Positions 39,577 through 55,136 are shown, counted from the stretch's first letter. The stretch: DNA of 64,000 nucleotides from Chrysomallon squamiferum (GCA_012295275.1 CM022679.1:16430001-16494000); one strand, 5' to 3'. The notes: generated by a model from the letters alone, not told the origin. Program-made: numbers and translations.

Positions 39577-40556
39577 TCATCTCGGAGTCAGGACATTAAA
39601 CACAAAAAAATTTGTCATGCTAATTATGGCTGCAACGGAAAATAGTCCAATAGTGTTTTAGTCCACTCACTGTCGTATTCATTCTTACCAATCAGCCATT
39701 CATTTAAAATAAAATAACATAATGAGAGCTACGTAAATGGCATTACTGGGTATTGAAATGTTTTAGTTATTCCCGAATTTGTAGCATCTGTTATTCAGTT
39801 AGTCACTAATATTTGAAATTTCCAAGTTTACTCATCAAAGTCAGTAATAAAGAAAGGCCATAAGCGCTGGGTAAAAGGGTCGTGGTTTACTGGGTTTCGT
39901 CCTCGGAGACGATGTCTAGAAAATGCAGTTTCATCTCACTTAAACACACTTATCAGAACATTACTGTATGTATTACGAGGTGTGAAACAACGCTGTCATT
40001 GATCGTTCAGACTCTACCATCGTCAGTTAGTCTGGCAGACTTGTGGAAGATGTCCTAAGAGGCCATGAGTCATCAAGTGTCCAGTCTGGCATTTCGGTTC
40101 AACGCGCAGGGTTACAGTTCAGCGATAGAGCTGCTTCTACAGAGCGGTCTGCCTACAAGATCGCATCACATCAATCCGGCCTTTAACTAATTTCACGTTC
40201 CATCCGTGCTCCGTGCTAGGAGAATATCTGAAAAGATAATATTTCCTCAGCTGATTCTATTACTATTATTACAAAAACTAACATCTGATACAAAAAGTGT
40301 ATTTGAGATACAACAACAAATATAAATAATAAAATAAATAAACAAATAAATAATAAAATTAAAAATTATGAGTGTGTGTGTGGGTGTAAAATTTAAAAAA
40401 ATATTAAAAAGTAATAACACAAAAAGCAACAAGAGAACATAATTAATAAACTGCTTAATTATGTAGAATTACCTGTTTGTCACAAGTTATTTTTTTATGG
40501 TGAAATTTAAAAACGTTATTATTAAAACTATTTAACGTGTGTATGTATGTGTTTGT

Positions 40557-40655
<99 letters not shown>

Positions 40656-42881
40656 AAAACAGATATAGATAACAAAAATGTAGAGAAATAACGACAGAGA
40701 GACTTATAGACAGTGAAAGAGAGAGCGGGACCTGTAGTCAGACAGATAAACGGACAGACACCTACAGTGACATATATATATACATAGGCAGGCAGACAGC
40801 AAGTGAAAATGAGAAAGAAAGAAAGAGAGAGGTGAAGAAAAGAGAAGGAAAAAGGTCTACAAGTTCATATCGTGCCTGTGAGAATGTAAACTTCTCGGAA
40901 CTAATTCTCTTCCTGAAGTGAAATGTAACACCATTGACAGCGATCTACAACTTGTAATGACCGAGGTGAATTCTTTATTAAGTATGATTTGCTTAATGGC
41001 ATCGCAACAGTATGCGATAAGCATATCTGATCCGCGGTCACGTGATGCGCTTCCATCCACGCTTGCGCGAGAATGCTAACTTGGTGTACTTGGAGCCGTC
41101 AATTTGGTTTCGGCTCTGAAAGAAGGGATGCCCGTTTGATGGACGTACATTACGTTACAGTCGTTTCGTTGTTGGGACAACACTGCTGCGCGTATATGAA
41201 GGAATTACAAATCAAATTGTGTGAAGGCGTTCTGTGCCTTACGTGCAAGTTGCAAATTAACCATTTCTGGTCATAGCTTTTTTTTTTTTCTTTTTCATTT
41301 AATTTTTTTTTTTTTTTTTTTTTGGATGCCAGTGGAGGATTTTTTTCTTGCAGTGAGCCTCACCCCTCAAATCCTGGGGGTGATGCGTGCTGCGTGGTTC
41401 AAGACCTCACCAGGTGGTGCAAAAAACAGTTTTCAATTTGGATAATTTTCTTCAATTCTCAAAAACAAACAAAAACCATAGGTGGAGGTAAGTTCACTTT
41501 TTTTTTTTCACTTTATTTCTATTTAATTGTTATTTTTTGTTTTATGATCTTTCTGAAGGAGTTTAACATTTGATTATGTAAGAAAGCACAACGGTAAATG
41601 GAAACTAAAGTCAATGTTTTTAAAGATTTTGTCAAAGTGACGCTTTATTTCAGCGCTGAGGTGACAAATACCAGAACATGTTAATTGCGATAACGCATCT
41701 CTCGTGTGAATGCTGCTGCGCCTAAAATACATCTACAAATTATTTTGACTTGATTTTAATCCATGCTAGCGAGACACCGCCGTCCTGTGAATTCAACTCA
41801 GAGTAAAGATCCATGAGAAAGAAGAGAAATCCTCACCATTTTTAACATCCAGATGACAAACGAGTTGAATCGTTTGTAGACTTCTCAAAATAGCATTTTA
41901 AACATATGCTTGTGTGTTTGTACGTTTACATTTATGGGTGAATGCGAGTGAATGTTTTAAATTTCGTTTTGATTTGCAAAATATATTTAAATATTCAAAG
42001 TAAGTGACAGATTTCCCTATTATAATATTTTTACTTTCAGGACACTGTTGATAATTTTAATTACTACTTCTTACTTCTGGTGAAGCATACATCCAACTGA
42101 CGTTTTTGTTCATCTGGAGACCTTTTTATGTTTTATTTTTCTAATGTAGAAACTTTATTAGTTATGTCAGACTGAAAGAGAAGTATGCAGTATTTCCGAT
42201 AAGAAGAAAAATTAAACTGATTGATTTTTTATATGTTTGGCAATTCTGCGTCAAAAACAGACAGCATCTCTGACAGCTGATGATTTTACTTTGAAACATT
42301 CCAGGAAAAGAATGCACCAGGGGCGGACCGTGCAGCTCAGAACAGAGCAGCCCATAATTTTAGTGAAATTTAACATTATAAATAAATAAAGGTGAAGGAA
42401 AATAAGGGTTGGAGTGCGCCTGGTTTGCTGTCCCCTGGAGTATTAGCTCTACGAGTATTAGCTCTCCGTTCATATAGACTGTGAGAAGCTAGACAAAATT
42501 ACCTATAGTTCACTGAGGTTTTGTCGTTTATACTCGCTTATCTTGTAACCCCGGGAGGCGGGCGTTTCTTTTTGTCGATTCTTCCCAGGGTCTTTCTTAT
42601 CAGGTTGCCTTATTAGCAGAGTTCAAGGGTGAGGGTTAAATGTTCCTAAGCTTCATTTACAGATGATCAAACTTCGTTTGCAGATTCTTTTCCATAGCAT
42701 CTTCGTGATTTGGTACACCAGCACGATAGTTTGCTTAACTCCAAATATTTTCGAATGCATGCCTGTTTGAGCATGTTCTGTGTTTTATAAAGATTTCATA
42801 CAGTAGATGTGAAGTCAATGTATTTTACAACAAATATGTCAGAATATTTCTTTTACTGAAGACGTACTTTCTTCTTCTTCT

Positions 42882-42925
<44 letters not shown>

Positions 42926-43187
42926 CTATTTGGAATGCATCATTTACTTACTTTCTTCAGTATCATTTTTACGGCCACTTAATATACACCTTCGTAGGTA
43001 ATTCACTGTTTTGTGTATGAATACTTTTCATTCTGCGAAGTGTGTTAAATCTATATCTTTTGGATTCACTTTCATATTTCAGTCGGAGAGAAAAAATAGA
43101 TTTAAAGCAAAATAAGTTAAAGCAATACAAAGGATTTCTGCAGTCAGGAATGTTATTATTATTATTTTTTTTTTTTTTAAACCCAAC

Positions 43188-43249
<62 letters not shown>

Positions 43250-44676
43250 AAAAATAACAAAACAGTATATAAGGCATAAAAAGAATTAAATTACAGTAAA
43301 AGAATTTAGATTATTTACTATAATACAGAACAGTTTGGTACGTTTTTAAAATTGACTTATCAGTCTTGAAACAGTCTCTGCAGGTTAAAACACTTCATTC
43401 GTGTACCATCTGAATAACTAGCTGTCATTTTAAAATCATCAGTGATTTTATCTAGAAATCAGTATTCATACAATCTAGCAATTGACATTTCATTATCGCA
43501 TTTTTAACATTTAATTTCAGTTTATGCTGACTTATTTTCAACTTTAATTCGTAGCTAAACCTGACAATGGAATAATTTGTGATAATAATATTAAATAGTT
43601 TCAGTGAGAAGAATGTCAAACTTGCATTTTAGAGCAATAGAAGTATTTTTTACTTTTCACAGATCAGCTTAGCAGATTTAATATCAACAGATGTCTCTTA
43701 ATACTTGTTCACATTTTAAATTCATTTTTCGCAAAAAGATTCAGATGGTTTTAATTTACTTTTTTTACTTTTTTAAGTCGTAATTGTTTTTGACAAATAC
43801 TCAACAGTGCTGGACGTGTTCTGTGAGAAATCTTTGTTAAGCATTTTTCACTTTATGAGTCGTGTGTGTCTGGTATGTGTGCACACTGTGTTGTATTTTG
43901 TGTGAGTGGATGTGTATATGTGTGTCATATATTGTGTGTGTGTGCGTGTGTGTGTGCATGCCTGCCTGCCTACGTGAAGACACTTATTAGCTTTAAACAA
44001 GATTACATTAACGAGTTAGAATGTATCAGAGGAGTATGTTGGGTTTGTGTATCGAATATGACTTAAACTGTTATATTTAGGTTTAGTCACAAATGACTCG
44101 GCATTAGCGCCACGCAGTCCAGTCTCGGTCCACTCACTGTGAGAGTCGGCTTATCTCTGACTCACTCGATGGCGATCAAAGTGACCTGTCTGATTCGTGA
44201 CCAGACAGTTTTGTTTGCCTCCACACTTGAAGAGTTCTTCTCTCGAGACTTGGTCTTCTGTGCCTGAAATTAATCACAACTGTCGCTCTTTCTACAGCCA
44301 GACACGTTGGTAGACAACGTTTGAATATCCAATCAGACGTAATGGTTGTTTGTTCGATCATTACCGTAATTCTACGTAGAAAACACGATTATAGTCCAAC
44401 ACTTACAAGATGAAAAGGTCTGATGAGGGAAAAGAAGAGGGAAAAAAAAAGATAATTACTTTGATTTTTCGTCTATGCGTTATTCCCATTTCGAAACACG
44501 AGAGAAATTTCATATATATCATTTTTCATAGCCAGGAAAATACCAAGTGTAATTATATTAAGAAATAACGTATATGTGATTAAAAAGAATTTGTGCTGCT
44601 TTCACATACATTTAAATATAAGGAAAGTAAAGAATTTAAATAAGATCAGAACATCATGATGTAATGACTGCAATAT

Positions 44677-44781
<105 letters not shown>

Positions 44782-45120
44782 ACTTAGACAGATATATATA
44801 TCTGTCTTTGTCTCTATCTTTCTCTTTCTGTCTCTGTTGACTTGTGCTCCTCCTGAAGACAAATGTCTGTTACCGTTAAGCGGTTCGTTATTATTTTGCG
44901 TGCCACGCGACCTTCTTACTCTGAACTGAAATACATGAGATCCAGTTCTATGGTAAACTCAGCAAGAAAATACTTTGTTCGTTAATTAGTTTAGAGCAGA
45001 CACTAGATTAGCAGCTAAAGTAGTAGTGGGAAGACAAAATTGTTTCAGAGAACTAACTCAGTTATTAATTTATTTTCTGTGTTCTTTTCATTCTTTTTTT
45101 ATTCGTACATATTAAGAGAT

Positions 45121-45377
<257 letters not shown>

Positions 45378-46029
45378 GAAATCCGCTGTAGGACATTGCT
45401 CACAAGCCATCACGAAGCGGTCTGTAATTGTTTTCCATTCCCCGTGCTAATAAAAGTGCCAAATTACGGAACCGGCCAGTGTTTCTGGCAGCAGTCCACT
45501 GCCATTCAGCGCTTTATCTCCTCGCCAATCACTGGCCCTTACAGACTGACCACGCTGGACGAAAATGCAATATGTACATTTGCATAATTCCTGGCTGAGT
45601 TATTGCCCTGGTCATTCAGAAATTAAGACTCTGGTCACGCTTGTAGATTACAGTTCCTTGTAGACTTACGAAAGTCTGTTGAGGACAATTTCAGAATAAA
45701 TGGTACATGATAGTAGACAGAGAATTAGTGCATATTTTGGTATTACTGAAATTATGTTTAGGTTGTTTTCTGGTTTTATGAAGCTATTATGAAGTTTAAT
45801 TTTTCTTTCTCAGTAATATATATATATCTGCTGAACTAATTTAATAAGAAGAAACTGACAAATGAAAGTTTAATTCAGTGAGTTACTTAACATATTTCTA
45901 ATCTGCATTCACATTCTTCGTATGCCTGATTAAGGATATTAGAGATAAGAACAGAAGAAACCCGCTAGAGAACTTATTTTCAGTTAGTAGCTGTGGTCTG
46001 TTGTAAGCCAGACAGAGACTTATTTGTAG

Positions 46030-46082
46030 CAATTTTTGATAAACCAGTCTCGGACACTGGTTTGGAACGGGATATAGCCAAA
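46030..46082. mobile_element. Fragment of a dispersed, decayed SINE-like repeat
   Basis: tttgataaaccagtctcggacactggtttggaacgggatatagccaaa aligns by eye with 57835-57883 (tttgataaatccatcacgggttactggttcgaacaggaaacagcccaaa). The SINE identity is inferred. Confidence 0.45.
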
Positions 46083-46890
46083 TAGGAGAGGCGAAAACTT
46101 TGTTTGTTATGATATTTCGTTTCACTTAAATAACTGAAATGAACAGGTGCAGTATATAAGTAATACTGACACTGATAAACTTCATCTAGGAAGATGTTAA
46201 TGAAATTGATGATTACTGTCAGTCAAATGAAATATATAATCAAAAGGTGGTTTTAATGATTCCTACATACGATAATAACCTGTCTGGGTTAACGAAATCA
46301 GTATAAGTTAAATATGAACGTAATGTGTTAGAAAAATGCTTATCTGGTACTCCAATTCGTACTAACCTTTTAGCAGCAACAACAACAACAACAAAACCTG
46401 ATGAATTTGATTTCCATAGAGGCAAAAATGATATATTGAGGGGGGCAAACATCGGTTACTAAAGATCAGCAGAAATCGTATCATACCATGAATGCTGTAA
46501 TGGTAAAACATAATTATAATTTAGAATAAGAACAATACATTACCATACAGTGCAATACAATACAACAGAATACCATAAAAAAATAAATAATAAAACAATA
46601 ATAATAGTGAAAAATAATAAATACATAAATAAATAAGATCCTCCACAATCATATTAATATCGACGAAAGGTAATAGTAGCACATGTCGTTAGTGTTATTT
46701 GTCAGATTACAAGTAATAAAATTAAAGTGTACGTTTTTTTTCAAATTCCAGGTTGTGACACCAGTTTAAAATGTTAACCCTCACGTTTAAATTTAGTTTA
46801 CTATGTTTATGAACACGACTTTTCATATTTTTGTGTATTAGTTTACATTGTTAACTTACTTTGTATGGAAAAGTGCTATATAAATATGGG

Positions 46891-46954
<64 letters not shown>

Positions 46955-48922
46955 TAACCCAGACTAACAAGGTGAACATGTACAGAAATAACTGAGTATG
47001 ATATTACTAAGTCGTCTTTTATTTTCATTGTTTTATTATTTAAATATATTCGTGTACTGTACATACTTAAATGATGGTGGTATACATCTGAGTGTTCCTT
47101 TAAATTAGGGATCGGCAAAGTAGTTCGTGGAAATGAATAGGAACAAAAAGAGGAACAAACACAGGAACTGAAGAAATAAACAAACTCGAATGTGAAATGA
47201 ATCCTAGCGAGACACAGTACTGAATAAAAAGAGCGAAGAAATTATTATCTTCAAACAGAGAAATTTATTACTATTTCTGAGGAATGTTGAAGTATTTTGG
47301 CTCTGTTAGAATAATTTTTATCTTTTGTTGAAATGATTTTAATGTGAAATTTGCAGCTATTACAAAAACTACATAGTGATGAATCATATCCGATGAATGC
47401 GTTTCTAGACACTGCTGATGTTCATATCCAAGTACTTACACGAGAATTCTCGCTATATTTGTCATGGACCCTTTTTTACTACCATATCATACCACTGTAA
47501 TGTCTTTTGGCAAACATAAAACAATTTTCGTTGATGGCAGTAACTGAAAAAGGAACCTAGTAATTTTTTCATCGCTTACGTTAATTTTCATTACTTTTTT
47601 TTTTTTTTTGGTTTTCTGTCTTTTCTTTCCTTTGTATTGTTTTCTTCTTTCTTTTTTCAGTGTTTTATTGCACAGCAGATGAAAAATGTATGTTAACAGG
47701 CTTTCCATAACACCGCAAATTCATTTACATATATAAGATTTCAAAAACAAAATACCAAAGCATACACTAACAGCTCTACTTATGAGACTGGAACTGCCAG
47801 TTTTCGCTCTTTGTTTTATCATAAAAATACAAAACTGCTGCTGTTCGAATATCATCGATATTTGCGCACCTTAAATAAACAGAACTCGCGTATGGAAGAA
47901 TAAAACTTAGTTTTGGCTAACAGAAATTTTCTTTCAAATAATCGAAAGCAACATAGCTCATTTTCCTTCCCCTAAGCAAGAACGTTTATTTTATTGTTCT
48001 TTTTCTTTTTAGATGTTATTACGGTTGAAACATGTTTTAGTTATCTGTGACCTTGAAGTGTGGGTTAAGTGGTTAATGACTGATTAGGTTAACAGAGGGA
48101 AGAAGGTACAGCCAATCTCGAGGATACAAACTTTAATACTGCAAATTTACGTTCATATTAGTATCACCTGCAAACACATTTTTCTTATTACAGTCAAGTA
48201 ACTGTTTTCATTCACTCTCTTCACTCAGTGGTAGCCACCTGAGTTAGACATCGATCTATAACAGTTGTTAAGAAAAGTTAAATAATTTAATTAGAAAAAC
48301 AAACCATGACTTATTTTAGATATATATAAAAAAAAAATTAATCTTAACATTGCGATATAAAAAGAAATTATGAATATTCACTGAATTTTATTTCTGTGGT
48401 CATTCTGGAAGGGCACTGGGAGGAGTTCTCAGGACAGATATCTAGGCTGCTACACACACTGGCAGAGATTGTCGAAAGTCTAGCTCAGAGTCGTCAAGAC
48501 TCATGCATAACCACTCAGTGATACTTCTGTGGTCATTTAGACTTGATTGCTTTGTGATTATATCGCTGCTGCCATCTTGAGGCACGATTCTGGATTGATT
48601 AACCTCCTCATTGTGAGGGTGGTAGGTTGGAACAGAACGCATTACTGTCTGAAACGTGATGTCATTGCTCTAAAAATAGTAATTTCTAAATCAAAGTGCT
48701 ACCGAAAACTGTATTATAATAATTATGTCTCGCAATCGTGTATTACTCTAGAAATCTTAATTTATTTTAGAAATAATTTTTGTAATCACATTTTTTGTAC
48801 GTGGCATCTTTTCAAATGAAAATAAATATATTTCCATAGTTTATGTATTATTAATGGCATAACAGAAAAACATGTCATTGAAACTTACGGTCAAAATTTT
48901 TACGAAGTGTGCCCTTACTGTT

Positions 48923-48953
<31 letters not shown>

Positions 48954-51071
48954 ATAATGAAATTCATTGTTCCAATAACTTACTGAAAGTTAAAAATAAA
49001 ACTGATGGAGTCCCCTTTGGCCCTGTTGAAAAGTTTCTGTATGTCGGGTTACATATGGTTGAAACACAACAAACATTTTACATTAACTAATGTAACGGTT
49101 AGATAAAGACAGTTGTTCTCCATTTTCTGTAAAAGAACACATTAAGTTTTAATAGTATAGAAACTGTTCGTTAATTAGTTGCGTACGAGTTATTTCCCTT
49201 GTCATCATTACATTTAACTGTCGGAGTCTGGGATAAACTAAAAATCTGGGAACTGTTACACACTGAGATATGATTTTTAATGCATTATGATTTTTATTAT
49301 TATTATTATTTGTTTGAATAACTGAATAATATATGAATAGTGGTGAAAACGACTGATTGTTAAAGAAATGTTAAATCCTAAATAAATATTACATATGTAA
49401 TATTTTCGTCATAAAAAGGCAATCGATGTATGTATGAAATCGTTAACTTTCTTCTTTTTTTTGTTGGTACTTAATTGCTTATATGTCTCAAAACATTCTT
49501 CGAACTTATCTTTTATAGTATTAAAGTGAACACTGTATGCGGTTCTTTGCATCTATGCTGTGTTCTTTTTGTATATATATATTTTTAATGTTTTTTCCTC
49601 AGTCAGCACGATTACTTATAAAGAACTGAATTGTTGTCAAAAAGAATGTAATAAACTTTCTCAACTGACAAAAGCACCTACATATTTCCTGAAAACTTGC
49701 TAAAGTAAATGATGAAATACAGAAAAAAAAAAAAAAAAAAAAAAAAACATAAATAAATAAAAAGACGATAAAGAAAAAAGAAGAAAAAAACGAGATGATA
49801 AAATTTAAATCTTAAATAATATAATAAAAAATAAATAAATAAATAAAAATTAAAAAACGAATTCGTTAAAGAACTGATATTTTTTACGTTTTATTCTTTT
49901 AGTCCTTTATCGCACTGATAATTATTCCCCACAGATAGTTTTATATTCAAGATAATTATCGTCTTTATGCGATATGATTAACTCATGCGAGTCTGGATAT
50001 CAGCTCTGTCATTAACACTTGTACATGAAAAATCTCTGCTTGCAGAATGATGTGTTCCTTTCATGAATAGCTAACAGTACAGAAGACGAATCTGGTTTTT
50101 GCCATGCGGGTCAATCCTAGGAAAAAACAACAACACGATCTCAGTTATAGTTGCAGAAAGATATATTTAGGAACTCGCATATCTATCTATCATTTGTCTG
50201 TTTTCGTAACATTCACCGCAGAGGGTCCATCTTCTGTTTATATCCCATTCTATTTATACAAAAAGGAAAAGAATGCCTTCTAGATCTTTTTTTTCTTCAC
50301 ATCTTTCCTTTTCACAATGAAAGAAAACGGGTCCGTGGGTACAGTGATAGATGTGTTAGAAGAAAAGCAAGAAGCTGGCCTTGCAGCGGTAATAGACAAA
50401 ACACAGTTGTCAGTCACGAGATGCAGTGTACAGGCAGCAACAGTTATCTGAAGCAGAAATGCAACATCAAAGTAATATTTCAGAAAACGATTTATTTTTA
50501 TGTATGTTTGTATGTACACACATCGCAGACCGGGAAAATGAAGAAGTCGTTCTGACCCTCCTGTAGATAAAAGTTCTTGTTCGCAGTTTCTTTGACACCA
50601 GGTCATTGTTCTGTTAATTTACATATTGTGATATTTTAAGCATTCGCTTTAATAATTTTATATCTATAGTGCATAAATTATACTTACTGTTCAAAACTGG
50701 GGCGAATTGCTAAATGTAGTATGAAATATATATTTGTTCCTTAAGGGAAGACTTTTAAACAACTTTATAAAGTTGGGTAAAAGGTATTTCATATCACATT
50801 TAGCAACTCTATTTATGCACAGGAATAGAATTTGTGTATATGTGATATTAAACCAATATAATAAAACACTCATATTTATTAAAGAATAACATCTTGAAAT
50901 GGGGCCTTTTATGCGAGGCCTGGGGCAAAAGGTCTACCATGGGCTTTTACCCCATGCAAAATTTTAATGAGTGAACCATCAACTGTTCTGAAAACAAGTT
51001 ATTAAATATAAAGCCAACAGATCCCTTTCAAACTTCTTTAACCAAAAACATTAATAATAATAATAATAATA

Positions 51072-51116
<45 letters not shown>

Positions 51117-52431
51117 ATCGTAAAATGTTATAAGAATTTGTCAAAAATACGAAATTTCATAAAATACTTAAATGAGTTAGAGGTAAAGCTTCGGGGTATA
51201 GAGGTATATATACTGCACTATATGACAGGTACTCTATTGTTCTAATCTTATAATGTGGCTTCTGCTTTCAGTTCATGTGTACATTTCATTACAAAGCCAA
51301 TGGGCTTTTTACCCGAAGAGCGCCTTTTACCCATTCTCCTCTCTATGTAATATTGTAAATAACAATTGTTTTATGCAGTTTAAAAGACATTTAACGGAAA
51401 CGTTCAACAGATAGTGTTATACACTGCATCTTTTGAATCTTTTGAACATTATATCAGATTACTGTTGAAGCATGTTTGTCTTGGCCACAGAATAGGAACC
51501 TGTGTTCACTGAACAAAATAGTGTTAGTGAGTTAGAATGTTAGATAGAGAGAAAACAAGGTCTACTGGTCACATATATATATATATATATTCTGGTTTCT
51601 ATGGTCAACGTCCTGATCATCTGCTGCTTAACTGTACAGACTCTGCAGGTTTTACTGGATTCATTTATTATCACTTTGTGTTTGTTTGTTGATCGTTATG
51701 ATTAGGCATTTGTAATCAGATTAAAATATTAATTCAGACAGTAATATTTATTTAAAAAACCACAAAAGTGTATTTAGTCTGGTTCTATAGATTTTGTATG
51801 CGATATAAAAAAGAAACTCAATCTAGCGTATTAAAACTATTCCTGTTAGCAAGAAGAAACTTTTATGTAATTTTAGGCAAATCATTATTTTGATAAGAAG
51901 TGTAAGTTTTTGGCATTTAGTCAAATGAAAACAGCCCAAGTGGGAGGATGTTGGAGTAGTTTTTTTTTTTTTTTTTTAGTCGTTTAAATGTGGCCGCCAA
52001 TTCGTTTTATTATGAGGAAGAAAATATGCCTAATTTATAGGATAAGAAAATAAAAATCGAAATATTATCTTGGTTTTCGTATATATTTTTTCCTTGCGTG
52101 ACTTTTTTGTGATAATAACAGCAGCTACCTGCCACAGGGTTGAATGTTGGCGTTTTACAGTCAGCCTAGGCAGATAGTGCCAGGACAGGGGGAGGAGCGA
52201 ACACCGGGCTTTATTTCAGTCTCCGCCATGTTGAGTGTCTACGTTATTTCTTCTATCACCCAAACGAGCTCTTTGGTCGGGTTTTTCTTCTTCTTTTTTT
52301 TTTAATTTAAAAATATTTCTAAATTTTAATTCCTTATTGGATAAAAAATATTTTTAAAGTTTTTAAATCAATTTGCCACTTCCTCCAAAAAAAATGTTCC
52401 ACGTTACGGCGTTTAGGTTCTAAAAACGATT

Positions 52432-52533
<102 letters not shown>

Positions 52534-53124
52534 CAGATGTATATTTTCTTGTGATTTGTTTTTTCGTTTTATAAACTAAAAAGATATTTCAGAATCATAA
52601 TCTTTTTCAACAAGACTTATTCTTGATAGTACTAAATATACATATTTTTCTAGCTAACGCTTTTTCTGTCGCTATCATGTTTATTTTTAGCTCCAGCTGA
52701 AGTTCGCATAATTATGTCAGAATGAAACGTACTTAGCACATTAAACATTCTGAACGAGTAACGCGCAGGTGAATGACATGGAACATTCAGCTGAACGTAA
52801 GAGTGACAGGGATGTTTTTAATCACTTAACTCAACGGCTAACAGATAACAGGCGAGCAGTCGGCTGTGTGGTGATGGCCAGCAATCTTTAATTTCCCACA
52901 GAACTGCGTTAAAGTTTACCTGAGCTAGTCCGAGCAAATATAATCTAAACAATTCTGTACACTTCCAGTTCGAGTCAATCTTTGTTAATAATAAAGTATG
53001 ACAACAAAAATAACAAGGTCGTGAGAATGTGCAGAGGCTGATAATCTTTATTTTAATTTTTTAATTTTATTTCATGTTATACAGAAATGTGAAAACAGCC
53101 ACACACTCAAAGAGAAAACATATA

Positions 53125-53158
<34 letters not shown>

Positions 53159-54055
53159 AAAAATAAATAAATAAATAAAATAAATAAAATAATAATGATA
53201 ATAAAGAAAAAAAGCAGTAGTAGTATTTGTAAAGTAAACATTAAAGGGAAAATTTATTATCTACACAGTTATTAAATGATCTTGTAAAAATCTGCATCAG
53301 TAAAAATATTTTGAAATTTGATATATGAAAAAACTGAACAACAACATCTGTTATGCATTATTTACTCTTTTGTCGAATACACGAACTTGCTCTTTTTGCA
53401 CGAAAGATCGTCGACAGTAATTTTTTTGCTATAAACAGAGTACTTACAAGGTTATAGAGCTAACTACGCGGCCAAGTATCGCACACAATAAAAGATGAAG
53501 GCCTAAAAACTAGTTCCAAAATACGATTATTTTTACCGTTTACAGAATATAAAAAAAGAAAAACAAGAGAGAAAAAAGAAAAAAAAAAAAAAGAAAAAAA
53601 CCGGCAGCATTTACGTCGTCTGGAGATAATCGAGCCACCTGATTCACGTTTTATAGTTATGTGACACACTTTCACTGCAACCATTAGCAGACGGCAGGTA
53701 GCACGCGCTTCCAAGTTCTTCCTTCCGTGAGCTAAAAGGCAAATCAGTTCTGGCAGGTTCATTTCATGTAGACTTTCACCACTTGTTTTTCAGTCGATTT
53801 GTTTTTATGTTGCTTGAACGAAGATCATTCTTTCTTTTCTAAACTACAATAGCAACAAAATTAACATTTTCCTTGCGCTGCACTGTTTTATTTATCAACG
53901 AATGTATCAGTATGTTATGTTTCCACACGGTACTAAACATTACCAACGAATGTATTAATGTGGTTTACATGAACAGAAATAATATATATATATTAATCAG
54001 CTAATGAACTAATATATATTTATCAATAGTATGCAGAGATGTATAAAATTGAATC

Positions 54056-55136
54056 CAAGAACGTCCCAATGTATCACTTATCAAGATGTCTGCCAACATA
54101 TTATTTACCAAAGAAAGCCCTGTTGTATCGTTTATCAAGCATCTGCCAGTAGATCATTTATCAAAGAAAGTCCTACTGTATAATTTAACAAGATGTCTGC
54201 TAGTATATTATTTATCAAAGATCGTCCTAATGTATTATCACTTATCAAGATGTCTGCTAGTATATTATTTATCAAAGATCGTCCTAATGTATTATCACTT
54301 ATCAAGATGTCTGCTAGTATATTATTTATCAAAGATCGTCCTAATGTATTATCACTTATCAAGATGTCTGCCAGTAATTTATTTATCAAAGAACGTCCCA
54401 ATGTATAATTTATCAAGATCTCTGTTAGTATATTATTCATCAAAGAACGTCCTAATGTATTATCACTTATCAAGATGTCTGCTAGTATATTATTTATCAA
54501 AGAAAGTCCTAATGTATTATCACTTATCAAGATGTCTGCTAGTATATTATTCATCAAAGAACGTCCTGATGTATAATTTATCAAGATCTCTGTTAGTATA
54601 TTATTCATCAAAGAACGTCCTAATGTATTATCACTTATCAAGATGTCTGCTAGTATATTATTCATCAAAGAACGTCCTGATGTATTATCACTTATCAAGG
54701 TGTCTGCTAGTGATATTATTTATCACAGAAAGTCTCAATGTGTTATCAGTTATCAAGATGTCTGTTAGTATATTATTTATCAAAGAAAGTCCTAATGTAC
54801 TATCAATTATCAAGATGTCTGCTAGTATATTATTTATCAAAGAACGTCCTGATGTATTATCACTTATCAAGCGTCTGCCAGAATTTATCAAAGAACGTCC
54901 TAATTTATTATCACTTATCAAGATGTCTGTTAGTATATTATTTATCAAAGAAATGTCCTGAAGATGTCTGTTAGTATATTATTCATCAAAGAACGTCCTA
55001 ATGTATAATTTATCAAGATCTCTGTTAGTATATTATTTATCAAAGAAAGTCCTAATGTATTATCACTTATCAAGATGTCTGCTAGTATATTATTTATCAA
55101 AGAACGTCCTGATGTATTATCACTTATCAAGATGTT
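54056..55136. repeat. Minisatellite with a 57-bp unit (54-bp variants)
   Basis: Unit cttatcaagatgtctgctagtatattatttatcaaagaacgtcctaatgtattatca (copies start at 54241 and 54298). Each unit has two ttatcaa-led halves. Confidence 0.97.

Noticed and set aside
54086-54961. 291-aa plus-strand ORF as a protein-coding gene
   Set aside because: It is entirely a translation of the 57-bp minisatellite, other frames and the opposite strand are similarly open, and it has no recognisable domain.
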